Assembly (NCBI GenBank): GCA_023421955.1 | Contig: JAEZSE010000018.1 | Coordinates: 7,337-71,336, forward strand | Direction of reading: 5' to 3' | From: Bacillota bacterium | Lineage (GTDB): Bacteria; Bacillota; Clostridia; Christensenellales; UMGS416 | DNA length: 64,000 nucleotides | Shown: positions 46,490-58,073 of the stretch, one piece after another | Layout: every line of letters begins with the position of its first letter | How positions within the stretch are numbered: position 1 is the first letter of the stretch | The notes under the pieces: generated by a model | Told to the model about the DNA's origin: nothing | The model's database searches: none | What the model saw: the letters and a program-made list of their open reading frames with translations, nothing else | Position numbers and translations under genes: made by a program

Positions 46490-48400
46490 TCAGTATTTGC
46501 CAAACTCCCTGTCGTTCAGCGCAATGCCCGGCTTACGGGAAGCACGGCCCGTGCCGATGGCCTTGACCTCACCTTTGGGCTGGAAGGAAGCACGCTGCCC
46601 GCCGGCCACAGACTGGCCCCGCAGGCTGAAGCGCCCAACCATGCCCATCAGCAGCGTGGCCTGGCTGGAGAGCTGCTCGCTGGCAGCGGCGCTCTCCTCG
46701 GCGGTGGCAGAGTTGGTCTGGGTAACCTGGCTGACCTGCTCGATGCCCTTATTGACCTGGGCCACGGCGGTGGCCTGCTCGTTGGATGCGCTGGCGATGC
46801 CGCCCACCAGCTCGGTAGCTTTTTCCACGCCGTCTACGATCCTGGTGAGCGCCTCGGCGGTGCCGTTGGCGATCTTGGTGCCGGCCTTCACCTTTTTGAT
46901 TGACTCTTCTATGAGGGCAGTGGTCTCTTTGGCGGCTCCGGCACTGCGCTGCGCGAGGTTGCGCACTTCTTCCGCCACCACAGCGAAGCCCTTGCCGTGC
47001 TGGCCGGCGCGAGCGGCCTCTACGGCGGCGTTCAGGGCCAGCAGGTTGGTCTGGAAGGCGATCTCGTCGATCACCTTAATGATCTTGGAAATGCTGGACG
47101 AGGCATCGTTGATCTCGCCCATCGCCTTCTGCAGCTCCTTCATGCGGTCATTGCCGTCCACCGCGTTGTCACGGGCAGCCACGGCCAGGGTGCTGGCCTC
47201 ACCGGCGTTGAATGCGTTCTGACGGGTCTGCCCGGCGATCTCGGAAAGAGATGCATTGAGCTGCTCGATGGCGCCGGCCTGCTCCGTGGCACCCTGCGAG
47301 AGCGCCTGGCTGCCGGAAGCTACCTGGCGGGTGCCGGAGGCCACTTGCTCAGCGGCGTTGTTGATGTCGCTCAGTGTCTGATTCAATGTATCCAACACAC
47401 TGTTGATTGATTGAGACAGGTTTGCAAAGGACCCCTGATACCCGTCACTCATGCCGGCGGTGAAATCGTTGGAGGCCATGGCCTCCAGCACACCGCGGGC
47501 CTCGTTGAGCGGCGCAGCAATCGCATCGATGATGCTATTGATACCGTCAATCAGCTGGCCGTATTTGCCCTCATAACGGCTGGCGTCCACACGGACATCA
47601 AGATTGCCGCTCACCGCCTGCTCGGTGAGCAGATTGGCGTCGTTGATCAGGCTGTTCAAAGTGTTCTTGGTCTTGATGATAGCTGGAACCATCAAATCGT
47701 TATCGCTGCGGGCACCGGACTGCTCAAACTCCTCGAGCTTCGACCAGTCGCCCCGGGCAAGGTCAACAAACACGTTTTGGATGCTAATCATGTGGTCAAT
47801 CGTGGTATTGACAGCCCGTGCCAACACCTTCATGTCGCCGGTATATGTGCCGCTGAGGCGCTCGGTGAGGTCATTGTTGGAAAGGTTCATGAGCACCGAG
47901 ATGGATTCATCTACCGGCGCGATGATGGCTTCGAGCGCCGTATTAAAGCTTTCAATGATCTTGCCGTATTCACCCTGGTGCTGCGAAGCATCCACGCGAA
48001 TGGCCAGCTTGCCAGCCAACAAAGAGCTTGCCAGCATGTTTGTGTCAGCCAGCAGGCGGTTCATCGCGTCTGCCATATTCTTGCAGGCTGCGGCCAGCTG
48101 CCCAACCTCATCCCGCCCTTTCACTTCCACCTGCACATCCATGTCGCCGGCGGCAAGCTTATTGGCCACAGTAACCAATTCGCTCATCGGTTTGCTGATG
48201 CCCCGGGCCACCAGTTGTGACAGCACAATGGAAACTACAAGGGAAGCCGCGCCAAAGCCAATCAGCAGCCCCATCCACAGATCTTTGTGGTCGGGGTCAT
48301 TCATACCATTGAAACCAAAAGCGGCCACAGCAACGGTAAACAACGTCACAATTCCAAAGGATAGAAACAATTTCCGGAAGATTCTCATATTTCTAAACAT
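46490..48400 (-). CDS. methyl-accepting chemotaxis protein with multiple HAMP repeats
   Basis: Two N-terminal TM helices, HAMP array, MA signalling domain ([20 protein letters not shown]). Confidence 0.85.
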   Translation of the reverse strand: MFRNMRIFRKLFLSFGIVTLFTVAVAAFGFNGMNDPDHKDLWMGLLIGFGAASLVVSIVLSQLVARGISKPMSELVTVANKLAAGDMDVQVEVKGRDEVGQLAAACKNMADAMNRLLADTNMLASSLLAGKLAIRVDASQHQGEYGKIIESFNTALEAIIAPVDESISVLMNLSNNDLTERLSGTYTGDMKVLARAVNTTIDHMISIQNVFVDLARGDWSKLEEFEQSGARSDNDLMVPAIIKTKNTLNSLINDANLLTEQAVSGNLDVRVDASRYEGKYGQLIDGINSIIDAIAAPLNEARGVLEAMASNDFTAGMSDGYQGSFANLSQSINSVLDTLNQTLSDINNAAEQVASGTRQVASGSQALSQGATEQAGAIEQLNASLSEIAGQTRQNAFNAGEASTLAVAARDNAVDGNDRMKELQKAMGEINDASSSISKIIKVIDEIAFQTNLLALNAAVEAARAGQHGKGFAVVAEEVRNLAQRSAGAAKETTALIEESIKKVKAGTKIANGTAEALTRIVDGVEKATELVGGIASASNEQATAVAQVNKGIEQVSQVTQTNSATAEESAAASEQLSSQATLLMGMVGRFSLRGQSVAGGQRASFQPKGEVKAIGTGRASRKPGIALNDREFGKY

Positions 48401-48533
48401 ATGCCAGTCCCTTTCGTAGAAAGTTGATTGATGGGAATTTGTGCATATTTTACATATGCCCCTCATTCTGGCATTCAAACACACAATTGTGATTAATCTG
48501 GCAATAATTATGAACAAGTTTCCTTTGGAGAAA

Positions 48534-50168
48534 CTATTCCATACGAAGTGCGTAAACAGCCGGGATCACATCCGGCAGGAACAGATAGGCGTCCCCAAAG
48601 TCATATGCTGGCAGTGAAACAGCCAACGGATCTTCCGGAGAGGGAGTGCCGGAGGGGCTGGGCAACGGGGTTTGCGTCGGGCCGGGCGTAGGTGATTCAG
48701 AGGGCGTTGGGCTTGGGATGCCGTCCGCCGGATTGTATACAATCACCTCTCCGGTGGCAGGATAGTAGCTTTCATGTTGCTTGACGCGGTTGAACTCTTC
48801 GCCGTCCATCAGATAAAGCTTGTAAGTGCTATAATACTGACCGTCGCGGGCCTTGTTGGTTTCCGTGGTGCCGCGGGTAACGGCTTCGCTGGGCACATAG
48901 CGGGGCGGGCCTGCGGGAGCGGGCACCGTTTTGGTGCGATCCGACTTCAGCTCAATCGTCAAGCCCTTTTCCAGCGGCACGCCATATATTTCGCCATAGA
49001 GCTTGTAGGTCCCCTTTTCCACAGCCACATACAGGATGATCAACACAGGATCTTCCTTGCTGTTGCGGATCTTCAGGTCCAGGTTGGGCCAGTTCACCGT
49101 GGCGTCCTCACCGGCTTTCATATAGGCAGACTTCAGCGTGTGATTGGTGCGCTCCGTGATTTCCATGTCTGCCCGCACGGCCACATTCCAGAGTGTGCCT
49201 GACACCTGGCATACGCCACCGGCCAGACCGTTGTCCGTTACGCCGCCGTTGATCACATGGGCTACCTGGTAGCCCTTGTCCGCAGTGCGCTGGCCGGTCG
49301 CTTCATTGAAGCTCAACACCTCTCCCGGCGCAAGGATTCTGCCGCTGATGGCGGCGCTGGCAATTGTAATGTTGGCAAGCCGGGGCTTGGAGTGGTCCTT
49401 GATCACCGAATACCAGCGGCGAACCAGCTTCATACGCTCCTGCAGGTCAACGAGCTTCACCGAGGCTTCCACCGGCTGCAGCTCCAGTGGCACAGTGCCG
49501 AAAGCACGGTTCACAAACGCGTCGCGTACAGCGGCCCACAGTGCGTCGGCGTCCACATGCTCGCCGGGCACGTCGGCAGAAAAACTCAGGCGCTCGCCGT
49601 CCGGCTTGGTCACATCATAACCCAGATAAGCGGCATCCACCGGCGCTTTTTCGTAGGGCAGCGCCAGGTCCCTGACCCGCTGCTCCAATGCCGAAGGATC
49701 GATTTGTATGGTGGTGTTCAGGTTCACCGGCACCTGTTTCAACTGCTCAATGGCTGCCAGCCGTTCGGCGTCGCTGCCCTCACGCCCCTGCCGCCATGCC
49801 TCATCCAGCACAGTCTCAGTATCAAATGTATAGCTTGTTTCAGACACACCAAACTGCCATCGCTGCCCATCTTTTTCCACCGTCACGAAATTGGCTTCCA
49901 CCATCTGCCGCTGCTTGGCTTCCACACGGCTGCGGGCATCCTGCCTGGTCAGGCCAGCCAGAGGCAGTTCATCCACAAAAACGCCTTCGTGAAACGTATC
50001 ACTGTTTAATATTCTGCGCTCTCCCGGCGTGATGAGCGCCGTCCAGCCCATCAGATAGGCCAGCAGGAACCCACCCAGCGCAAGCACAACGGCCGACAGC
50101 GCGATGATCATCACCGCCATACGGGATAAGCCCTTTTTGCCGTCGCTGTTTTGCCAGAACCGATTCAT
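48534..50168 (-). CDS. VanW-domain protein (paralog 1)
   Basis: N-terminal TM helix, PG-binding-like region, VanW motif [17 protein letters not shown]-rich C-terminus. Confidence 0.75.
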   Translation of the reverse strand: MNRFWQNSDGKKGLSRMAVMIIALSAVVLALGGFLLAYLMGWTALITPGERRILNSDTFHEGVFVDELPLAGLTRQDARSRVEAKQRQMVEANFVTVEKDGQRWQFGVSETSYTFDTETVLDEAWRQGREGSDAERLAAIEQLKQVPVNLNTTIQIDPSALEQRVRDLALPYEKAPVDAAYLGYDVTKPDGERLSFSADVPGEHVDADALWAAVRDAFVNRAFGTVPLELQPVEASVKLVDLQERMKLVRRWYSVIKDHSKPRLANITIASAAISGRILAPGEVLSFNEATGQRTADKGYQVAHVINGGVTDNGLAGGVCQVSGTLWNVAVRADMEITERTNHTLKSAYMKAGEDATVNWPNLDLKIRNSKEDPVLIILYVAVEKGTYKLYGEIYGVPLEKGLTIELKSDRTKTVPAPAGPPRYVPSEAVTRGTTETNKARDGQYYSTYKLYLMDGEEFNRVKQHESYYPATGEVIVYNPADGIPSPTPSESPTPGPTQTPLPSPSGTPSPEDPLAVSLPAYDFGDAYLFLPDVIPAVYALRME

Positions 50169-50365
50169 GGAGCACCTCGCACAGATTCTTTCGGCTTTAG
50201 TATTCCATGGCTCGGTGAATTTCGAGTTGGTAATTTTTATGCTCGATATTCACAACAGAATGGGTATCCCCACACAATATCGTTGAGACTCTCACAAATC
50301 TACGGGATGCATAAAACAAAAAAAACAGCACCTGCCAATGCGGCAGGTGCTGACTGAGGCCATGC

Positions 50366-52045
50366 TTAAGTGCTGCTTTCCGTAGTAGGGGCTGGAGACT
50401 CGGTTGGGGCTGGCGTCGCCGTGTGGGTGGGAGATGGCTTGGGCGTATTGGGCGCCTCGGTGGGTGGAAGCGTGGCATCCGGCGTGGGTGAAGCGCTGGG
50501 CGTGTCGGTGGGCACAGCGTCTTCCTTGTAGTAGGCTAGCACGTTGCAGTCGGCGGGGTAGGTGTCAGTATAGAGCTTCTTTACCCGCTCCTTTTTGCCG
50601 TCCTTGGTGACCTTCACCAGATACACGTCCACCACATAGCCGTTATGAGCAGGGATCAACTCCGTAGTGCCAGGCTTCACTGCACTGCTGGGCCTCTTAT
50701 CGGTTCTATTCTTGTTACCCGGGATTGTTTTTACCGTAACGCCTTCCAGGGCATAAGTGACTCCCTCCGGGTCGGGTACGCCGTAGAACTTGGCGTGCAT
50801 GCGGTAGTCGTAACCAGACCGCTTGCTGTCGTAATCATAATAGGCAATGATTAGGATCGGCTTGTCGCTGATGTTCTTGAACTTCAGATCCTTGTTTGGA
50901 AAATCCACTGTGGCGTCAGTGCCCTTAGACATGTAACCAGACACCAGCGAATGGTGATTGCGCTCCAAAATCTCAATGCGTTCCGGCCCGCAGGCGATCG
51001 CCGCATTATACAGCGCGCTGGAGACCTGGCACACGCCGCCCGCAAGGCCCACGTCTTCAATGCCGTTGGCATCCACCGGTGCTTTTTGATAGCCCTTGGC
51101 CGCCGTGCGCTCGCCAGTGGATTGATTGAAAGAGAGCGTCTCTCCGGGCATCAGGATTTTGCCGTTCACAGTGGCGCTGGCAAGCTCGATGTTCTTGCGG
51201 CGCTGTTTTGTGTAGTTCTTGATGTTGGACTCAAACTCACCGATCAACTGCATCTCACCCTGCAGGCTGGCCAGCGTGACTGCTGCCGGCAGCGGCACCA
51301 CCTGCATTTCAACTGTGCCAAAGGCACGGGTCTCAAAGGCCGTCTTCACAGCGGCCCACAGCGCGTTGGCATCCACCTGCTCACCGGGGGTGTCCGGCGT
51401 GAACACCAGCCGCTCGCCTTCGGGCTTCGTCATGTCGTATTTCACGAAGGTGGCATCCACAGCAGCCTTGGTGTAGGGCGTGGTAAGATCACGCACTTTC
51501 TGTTCCAGAGCGCTGGGATCAATCGTGGCAGTGGTCACAAGCTTGACCGGCGTAGTCTTCATGAGCTCAATGGCAGCCAACCGCTCCTCATCGGTGCCCT
51601 CGCGGCCCTGCTTCCACGCCTCATCCAGGATCGCGTCCGTATCAAAGAGATAGGCAGTTTCCGCCATGCCAAGCTGCAGTGCAGTTTGACCGTCCTTGGT
51701 GATCATGACCGAACTGGCGGCCACGTATTCCTGCTGTTTGGCTTCAACCTGCTGCTTGGCCTGATCCCTGGTCAAGCCTGCCAGTGCAATATCATCTACA
51801 TATACGCCTTCGAAAAACGTATCGCTATCCACTACAGCGCTGCCAGTGTTGGTCGCCGTTGGGCTGACGCCGGGTTGATTGCCGCCACCGCCGGGTTTTA
51901 ACAGCGCCAGCACGCCGGCAGTCACGCCGATCAGCAGCACAAGTACCACCGCCAGTGCAAGGATACCCGGCTTCTTCGCCTTCCTGCGATGGTTTCCCGA
52001 GCTGCCAGAGCTATAATTTTTTGATCTGTAGGTCCGATTCATCAA
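50366..52045 (-). CDS. VanW-domain protein (paralog 2)
   Basis: [15 protein letters not shown] and the same architecture as paralog 1. Confidence 0.75.
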   Translation of the reverse strand: MMNRTYRSKNYSSGSSGNHRRKAKKPGILALAVVLVLLIGVTAGVLALLKPGGGGNQPGVSPTATNTGSAVVDSDTFFEGVYVDDIALAGLTRDQAKQQVEAKQQEYVAASSVMITKDGQTALQLGMAETAYLFDTDAILDEAWKQGREGTDEERLAAIELMKTTPVKLVTTATIDPSALEQKVRDLTTPYTKAAVDATFVKYDMTKPEGERLVFTPDTPGEQVDANALWAAVKTAFETRAFGTVEMQVVPLPAAVTLASLQGEMQLIGEFESNIKNYTKQRRKNIELASATVNGKILMPGETLSFNQSTGERTAAKGYQKAPVDANGIEDVGLAGGVCQVSSALYNAAIACGPERIEILERNHHSLVSGYMSKGTDATVDFPNKDLKFKNISDKPILIIAYYDYDSKRSGYDYRMHAKFYGVPDPEGVTYALEGVTVKTIPGNKNRTDKRPSSAVKPGTTELIPAHNGYVVDVYLVKVTKDGKKERVKKLYTDTYPADCNVLAYYKEDAVPTDTPSASPTPDATLPPTEAPNTPKPSPTHTATPAPTESPAPTTESST

Positions 52046-52219
52046 ACTTTTCCTCCGATTTGAAGTTCCACCCGAGCTGGCTCTATCTTAGTATTCCACG
52101 ATTGCACATTTCTATATATGATAACTGAACCGATGCCGTGTGTAAAGATTTTCCGCTCAACTCATTAATCCCGGAGTACTTAAGCGATATGTGCCTGCGC
52201 AAGACACTATTTTCCGAAT

Positions 52220-52852
52220 TCAATTTCCTTTTCTGAGTTCTCCCAAGCGATAAGTCAGAGCCATCAGTCCGTCGGTGAGCTGGGCGTTTTCCACAACCAC
52301 CCCTTCTATGACGATCTCAACTGGTGCAAAGTTCCAAATGGCCCGTACTCCCGCTTTTACAAGCCTGCCCGCCAGGGAGCGGGCGGCGGCAGCCGGCACG
52401 GCCAACACGGCAATGTCTACCGCCTGGTCCCCGATCACATCCTCCAGCGTGTCGATGGAGTGCACTTGGTTACCACCCACCGTTTTGCCCACAAGCGCCG
52501 GGTTGGCGTCAAACAGCGCCAGGATGTGATAACCAGCCGAGGCAAATTGCGTATAGTTGGAAAGCGCCTGGCCAATGTTGCCCGCACCCAGGATAATCAT
52601 ATTGTATTCTTTGTCGATGCCCAGGATCTCGGCTACATGGCGCATCAGTTCGCTCACATTATAGCCATAACCCTGCTGGCCGAAGCCTCCGAAGCAACTC
52701 AGGTCCTGACGAATCTGTGATGCGGTAAGGTTCATGATGCGGCTCAAGGCCAGCGATGAGATCCTTTCCACGCCGTCCTGCTGCAAGGAGCTCAACTGTC
52801 TGTAGTATCGGGGAAGGCGGCGAATGACTGCGTCGGATACCTTCTGCGCCAT
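52220..52852 (-). CDS. rex: redox-sensing transcriptional repressor Rex
   Basis: AGGAGGAG RBS. Winged-helix IRRLPRYYR plus Rossmann GAGNIG. Confidence 0.85.
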   Translation of the reverse strand: MAQKVSDAVIRRLPRYYRQLSSLQQDGVERISSLALSRIMNLTASQIRQDLSCFGGFGQQGYGYNVSELMRHVAEILGIDKEYNMIILGAGNIGQALSNYTQFASAGYHILALFDANPALVGKTVGGNQVHSIDTLEDVIGDQAVDIAVLAVPAAAARSLAGRLVKAGVRAIWNFAPVEIVIEGVVVENAQLTDGLMALTYRLGELRKGN

Positions 52853-53149
52853 TGGGGCTCCTCCTGTTCTTATCAATGATCAATATATCAAAACAGTTTG
52901 TTAAAAAAACAACAATCTCTTTTGATCATCATACCACCGTTTGCCAGGATAGGCAACAATCTGCATAAAAGCACAGTTTGTTGCAACAGAAACCCCAGCA
53001 TATCAACTGAACCGATATCACAATTTATTCTCTATGGCAATCATTACATTGGAAAATACCATCGCATTCGTTTGAATTTCTAATTGTTTGGTGTTAACAT
53101 ATGCATCACAAACGGAAACGACATGCTTCCGTATAAGACAAAGGAGGGA

Positions 53150-53746
53150 AACATGAAGCGTATCAACAAACTTTTGATTGTGTTGTCTGTGCTGATGGTA
53201 GCAGCGATGGCCATCATGCCTGTCGCGCTAGCCGCCCCAGCCAGTAGGGTTACTTACTACAACCGTTACGGATACAGAAGTGCGCCAAGTTCATATCGGA
53301 GCACATCCTTTGCATCCGGAAACACAACCAGCCCGACCACTTCGTCCTCAGCATCTTCTGTGTCTTCCGCGTCTTCGCTGGAAAGCAGGATGATCAGCCT
53401 GATCAACGAGGACCGGGCTGCGGAAGGCTTGAATCCGCTCCGTGCGGACAGCTCCTTGCGCGCAGGTGCCATGAAGCACAGCCAGGACATGGCGGCAAAC
53501 AACTTCTTCTCGCACACCTCACCCACCTATGGCACCTTCTCCGAAAGGGCCAAAGCATCGGGTGCCAGTGTGTCGGCGGAGAACCTGTCATTGAACGGCT
53601 CTGTGGAACGGGCGCACGCGAGCCTCATGGGCTCGGCCGGGCATCGGGCGAACATCATGAACTCCAACTACACCCGCGTGGGCATCGGCATCGTATACAG
53701 CTCACAAAAGGGAGGATATTACATCACGCAGTGGTTCGGCAGATAA
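53150..53746 (+). CDS. secreted CAP/SCP (PR-1-like, YkwD-type) domain protein
   Basis: Signal peptide, then HSQDMAANNFFSHTSP...GHRANIL-type CAP motifs. Confidence 0.75.
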   Translation, partial: NMKRINKLLIVLSVLMVAAMAIMPVALAAPASRVTYYNRYGYRSAPSSYRSTSFASGNTTSPTTSSSASSVSSASSLESRMISLINEDRAAEGLNPLRADSSLRAGAMKHSQDMAANNFFSHTSPTYGTFSERAKASGASVSAENLSLNGSVERAHASLMGSAGHRANIMNSNYTRVGIGIVYSSQKGGYYITQWFGR

Positions 53747-53768
53747 CACAATCAAAATACAACGCTAA

Positions 53769-53796
53769 GGCGCACCCGAGACGGGTGCGCCTTTTC
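53769..53796 (+). terminator. rho-independent terminator
   Basis: ggcgcacccg / cgggtgcgcc stem followed by TTTT. Confidence 0.5.
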
Positions 53797-53931
53797 CATC
53801 GCGCTGATAATCCCTGGCAACAGGTGTAGCCACTACAAAACATCATCGCAACTGCATTGACCAGGATTCTCAAATGTATTATATTGGTGCAAGTTTTGCA
53901 TCAAACCAATCGTTTAAAGGCGGAGATAATG

Positions 53932-54840
53932 TATAAAGGAAAACAAAACAAGCTGCCCTGGCTTTTGCTGTTCTTTGGAATCATTTGCATCTCCATATCA
54001 GCATTCTTTGTTAAGAAAGCTCATGTGAATGGCATATCGGTTTCATTTTATCGGGTCTTCTTTGCATTTCTGTTCATATTGCCATTCTATATCCGGGTAA
54101 AAAGCAAAGATATGAAGTTGAAAGGAATCTGCCTATCCTTGCTGGGCGGCATGTTTTTCGCATTTGAATTGGTGTTTTGGAATACGGCTGTCCTAATCTC
54201 CAACACAACATTTCCAACCCTGATCGTCAATCTTTCCTCGGTATGGGTCGGGATAGGGGCAATGATACTATTCAAGGAGAAGCTAACCCGCTTCCATTGG
54301 ACAGGCAATCTGACTGCGATTCTTGGGGTAGCAGTGATCATCGGGATCAATAATGTCATCCATATGAAAATCGATACCGGATTTGTGTTCTCCATTATCG
54401 CAAGCATATTCCTTGCTCTGTATATTTTATCAGTAAAAGAAGTCAGGCAGAAGAACAGCACAATCCAAGTGGTCTTTTTCACTTTCTTAGGGTGTACCAT
54501 TACACTATTGATTTGCTGCATTTTTACGGGCAGTGCATTATATGGTTTCGCTCCGTCATCTTGGGTCTACTTGCTATGCCTGGGCCTAATCACACAGGTT
54601 GGGGGATATTTCTCCATCAATTATGCTCTCGGATTTATTGATTCGTCCAAAGTTTCAATACTCACATTATTTCAACCGATACTTACCGCTGTGTTTGCCG
54701 TGATCGCCCTGAATGAAGAATTTACGGTTTACCATATCATCGGCGGAGCCCTGGTGCTGGCAGGACTTGCTTTTGCATTGCTGGTTAAAGATAATGGTCA
54801 TACCCTGAAATCAGCACAAAAAAATGATCACATGCGGTAG
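53932..54840 (+). CDS. EamA/DMT-family transporter
   Basis: 10 TM helices in two EamA repeats. Confidence 0.75.
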   Translation, partial: YKGKQNKLPWLLLFFGIICISISAFFVKKAHVNGISVSFYRVFFAFLFILPFYIRVKSKDMKLKGICLSLLGGMFFAFELVFWNTAVLISNTTFPTLIVNLSSVWVGIGAMILFKEKLTRFHWTGNLTAILGVAVIIGINNVIHMKIDTGFVFSIIASIFLALYILSVKEVRQKNSTIQVVFFTFLGCTITLLICCIFTGSALYGFAPSSWVYLLCLGLITQVGGYFSINYALGFIDSSKVSILTLFQPILTAVFAVIALNEEFTVYHIIGGALVLAGLAFALLVKDNGHTLKSAQKNDHMR

Positions 54841-54871
54841 GATATGGACTCGACCTCCTCATATGAATCCC

Positions 54872-55492
54872 TCAGCTTCTTTCGTGCAACCAGGCTCTCA
54901 CTGCCGCAACCGTTTCGTCCATCGCAATGCCGGTGGTGTCCAACAACGATATGGCCGGGTTGGTGCGCCCGGCGTTTTCTTTCAGCCACCGGTTGAACTG
55001 CACATGGTTGCGGATATTTTCCTCACCGCCTGAGCCTCTCCACTGCGGGCGAGCTTTCAACCGCGCGGCCAGCACATCATCGTCGCAGACCAATGCAAGA
55101 TAGTGCAGAGCAGAAAAATACCGCCGCTCCACACAAGGCTCAAACTGCTCCGGCACGGCGCAGCCGCACAGCACCACCGATTTGCCAGCCTGCGAAATGT
55201 TTTTACATACCCGAAGCCACATCTCACGATATTGCCGGTAGTCCGGCCCCTGGTTTGCATACTCGTTTTGCCAGAGGATATCACTTTCCATCACGACCAC
55301 GTTATCGGTGCGTTGTGCAAGCTCCAGGCACACCGATGATTTGCCCGCACCGCTGGCACCGGTAATCACAAACAACGGCAGCTGCCGGAAGAGGTGCCTG
55401 TGGCCGCACTCCGGGCAGATCGCGAAGGGCCCATCGGGGTCTATGGATTTTTCAGCGTGGTAACTGCCGCAGCGAGCGCAGGTGTTGAACAT
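54872..55492 (-). CDS. P-loop NTPase/kinase-like protein with an N-terminal zinc ribbon
   Basis: CARCG...CPECG ribbon, then Walker A ITGASGAGKSS. Confidence 0.5.
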   Translation of the reverse strand: MFNTCARCGSYHAEKSIDPDGPFAICPECGHRHLFRQLPLFVITGASGAGKSSVCLELAQRTDNVVVMESDILWQNEYANQGPDYRQYREMWLRVCKNISQAGKSVVLCGCAVPEQFEPCVERRYFSALHYLALVCDDDVLAARLKARPQWRGSGGEENIRNHVQFNRWLKENAGRTNPAISLLDTTGIAMDETVAAVRAWLHERS

Positions 55493-55618
55493 CCCGTTTC
55501 CTCACTTTTTGTTATTTAGTGCTACAGACATACTATATCACAATGGAAACCGATCTCCTTTCCCTTTTCACAATCTCCTCATTCCTGTATAATCACCCTG
55601 TCTGCACAGGAGTATCAC

Positions 55619-57532
55619 ATGATTCAAATCACATTGGATAAAGTTGCCAAACACTACGGCGTGGACACCGTGATCCAGGACGTGAGCCTTGCCATACAAA
55701 CGGGCCAGCGCCTGGGGCTCGTGGGCGCCAATGGCGCGGGCAAGACCACGATCTTGAAGATGATCACCGGCGAGCTTGCGCCGGATGAAGGCGCGGTGCG
55801 CAAGCCCGACGGCCTGAAAATCGGCTATCTGGCGCAGGAGAGCATGTCCGTGCCCGGCGGAACGCCATGGGAGGAGATGCTGACGGTCTTCGAGGAGGTC
55901 TTCCGCATCGAGGAACGGCTGCGGCAGCTCGAGCACGACATGGGCGAGCTGCACGGCGACCAGGCGGCGTTCGCCCGGCTTTCCGAAGAATATGACAAAC
56001 TGACTTTGAAATTTGAACAGGGCAACGGCTATGGTTACAAAAGCGCCATCCTTGGCGTGCTGAAGGGCCTGGGCTTCACAGAGGAGCAAATATACCGAAG
56101 AGCGAGCACGCTCTCAGGCGGGCAGCAATCGCGCCTTGCCCTGGCCAAGCTGCTGCTGCGCAAGCCCGATATCCTTCTGCTGGACGAACCCACCAACCAT
56201 CTGGATATCCAATCCACCGCCTGGCTGGAGGAATACATCCACGATTTCCCCAACACGGTGATCGTGGTCTCCCATGACCGTTACTTCCTGGACGCCGTGT
56301 GCGATTCCATTGCCGAAGTGGCGCTGACGCGACTCACACTTTATCAGGGCAACTTCACCGAATACATGATCCAGCGTGAGGAACGGATCAATTTGCAGCA
56401 GAAGGCCTATGAGCTGAACCGCCGCGAGATCCAGCGCCACGAGGAAATCATCCGCCGCTACAAGCAATACAACCGGGAAAAGAGCCTGAAGGCCGCCCAC
56501 AGCTGGGAAAAGAAACTCGCCCGGCTTGATCGTGTGGACAAGGTGCGTAACGAAGCCACCGTCAGTTTCAGTTTTGATACGGTTCGCCGCACCGGCGGCG
56601 ACGTGCTGCTGGCGCAGGGGTTATCAAAGAGCTTTGGGCCGGTGAAGCTGTTTGAGGGCATGGACCTGCACATCAAAGCCGGCGACCGCGTGGGCATCGT
56701 GGGCCGCAACGGCATCGGCAAGACCACGCTGCTGCGCATCCTGATGGGCGAGCTCAAGCAGGATGGCGGCCACTACTATTGGGGCACCGGCGTACAGCCG
56801 GGCTATTATGACCAGAAGCAGCAGGGCCTGAGCCCAGAAAAAACGGTAATCGATGAGGTATGGGACACCTACCGCACGCTAGAACCCCAGCAGATCCGTG
56901 ACACACTGGCGGCATTCCTCTTTCGCGGCGACGACATCAACAAGCGCATCGCCGACATCTCCGGCGGCGAGCGGGGGCGCGTGGCGCTGATCAAGCTGCT
57001 GCTGGGGAAATACAACGTGCTGCTGCTGGACGAGCCCACCAACCACCTGGACACCAACAGCTGCCAGGTGCTGGAAGACGCATTGCTCGATTTTGACGGC
57101 ACGCTCTTGTTCGTGTCCCACGACCGCTACTTCATCAACCGTGTGGCGACCCGGGTTCTGGAGATGCGCGATGACGGTGTGACCGACTACCCCGGCAACT
57201 GGGACGAATACCTGCTGCACAAGGCAGCGGAAAAGAACCAGAAGGACGTGGAGGAAGACGACGGCCTAACCCGCACTGAGCGCAAGAAGCAGGACAAGCT
57301 TTCCCGCCAGGCGGAGGCCGATCTACGGGATCGCAAACGGGCTGTGAAAGCACTTGAAGAGCAGGTGACCAAAGTGGAGGCGGAGATCGCCGCGCTGGAA
57401 CAACGGCTCAGCGATCCGGCGGGCTTATCCCCCGCAGACATCGAAAAGCTTTCGCGGGAACACGATGATAAGAAGAAGGCCTGTGACGAGTTGCTTGTGA
57501 AATGGGAAGAAGCGCTGGAGGCACTGGGCTGA
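55619..57532 (+). CDS. ABC-F family ATPase (tandem ABC domains, C-terminal coiled coil)
   Basis: Two Walker A / signature / Walker B sets and a charged coiled-coil tail. Confidence 0.85.
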   Translation: MIQITLDKVAKHYGVDTVIQDVSLAIQTGQRLGLVGANGAGKTTILKMITGELAPDEGAVRKPDGLKIGYLAQESMSVPGGTPWEEMLTVFEEVFRIEERLRQLEHDMGELHGDQAAFARLSEEYDKLTLKFEQGNGYGYKSAILGVLKGLGFTEEQIYRRASTLSGGQQSRLALAKLLLRKPDILLLDEPTNHLDIQSTAWLEEYIHDFPNTVIVVSHDRYFLDAVCDSIAEVALTRLTLYQGNFTEYMIQREERINLQQKAYELNRREIQRHEEIIRRYKQYNREKSLKAAHSWEKKLARLDRVDKVRNEATVSFSFDTVRRTGGDVLLAQGLSKSFGPVKLFEGMDLHIKAGDRVGIVGRNGIGKTTLLRILMGELKQDGGHYYWGTGVQPGYYDQKQQGLSPEKTVIDEVWDTYRTLEPQQIRDTLAAFLFRGDDINKRIADISGGERGRVALIKLLLGKYNVLLLDEPTNHLDTNSCQVLEDALLDFDGTLLFVSHDRYFINRVATRVLEMRDDGVTDYPGNWDEYLLHKAAEKNQKDVEEDDGLTRTERKKQDKLSRQAEADLRDRKRAVKALEEQVTKVEAEIAALEQRLSDPAGLSPADIEKLSREHDDKKKACDELLVKWEEALEALG

Positions 57533-57605
57533 CAGAGAAATTCTTCCAAAATAATAGTTGCATCATGCAATTGTTTTGTGTTACAATCAATTCAGGAGGG
57601 GTTCC

Positions 57606-58073
57606 ATGGAGCACGAAGGACAGCACAAACTGTTGCGGGAGCTGGCCGGCGCACTGATCGGCAAGCTGCGCCTGCTGGAAGACAACACCCTCTCCTGCTG
57701 CGGCGTCACGCTGGCGCAATGCCAGACGCTGGTGGAGATTGGCCGGGCAGGCACCCTGAGCCTGGGCGAGCTGAGCGCCCGGATGAACCTGGACAACAGC
57801 ACGATGAGCCGGACGGTGAATAACCTGGTGACAGCCGGCCTGTGTGAACGCACCGAAGACCGGCAGGACCGGCGCTATCTGGCAATCAGGCTGACGGAAA
57901 GCGGTGCGGAGCTTTATCAATCGGTGGATTCGGGTATGGACGGGTATTACGAAGCAATCTTCGACGCCCTGCCCGAGGAAAAGCGCGCTCAGGTGCTGGA
58001 GAGCATGGCGCTGCTGATGAAAGCAGTCGTTACCTCCGAAATCTGTGGCGCAGGGGGGTGCAGTAATGAATGA
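57606..58073 (+). CDS. MarR-family regulator with a vicinal Cys pair
   Basis: CAGGAGGGG RBS. Winged helix ...LSLGELSARMNLDNSTMSRTVNNLV..., Cys cluster SCCGVTLAQC, C-terminal CGAGGC. Confidence 0.7.
   Translation: MEHEGQHKLLRELAGALIGKLRLLEDNTLSCCGVTLAQCQTLVEIGRAGTLSLGELSARMNLDNSTMSRTVNNLVTAGLCERTEDRQDRRYLAIRLTESGAELYQSVDSGMDGYYEAIFDALPEEKRAQVLESMALLMKAVVTSEICGAGGCSNE

Noticed and set aside
48534-52045. Vancomycin-resistance cluster
   Set aside because: Only VanW-domain proteins are present. No vanH, vanA, vanX or vanRS genes were found.
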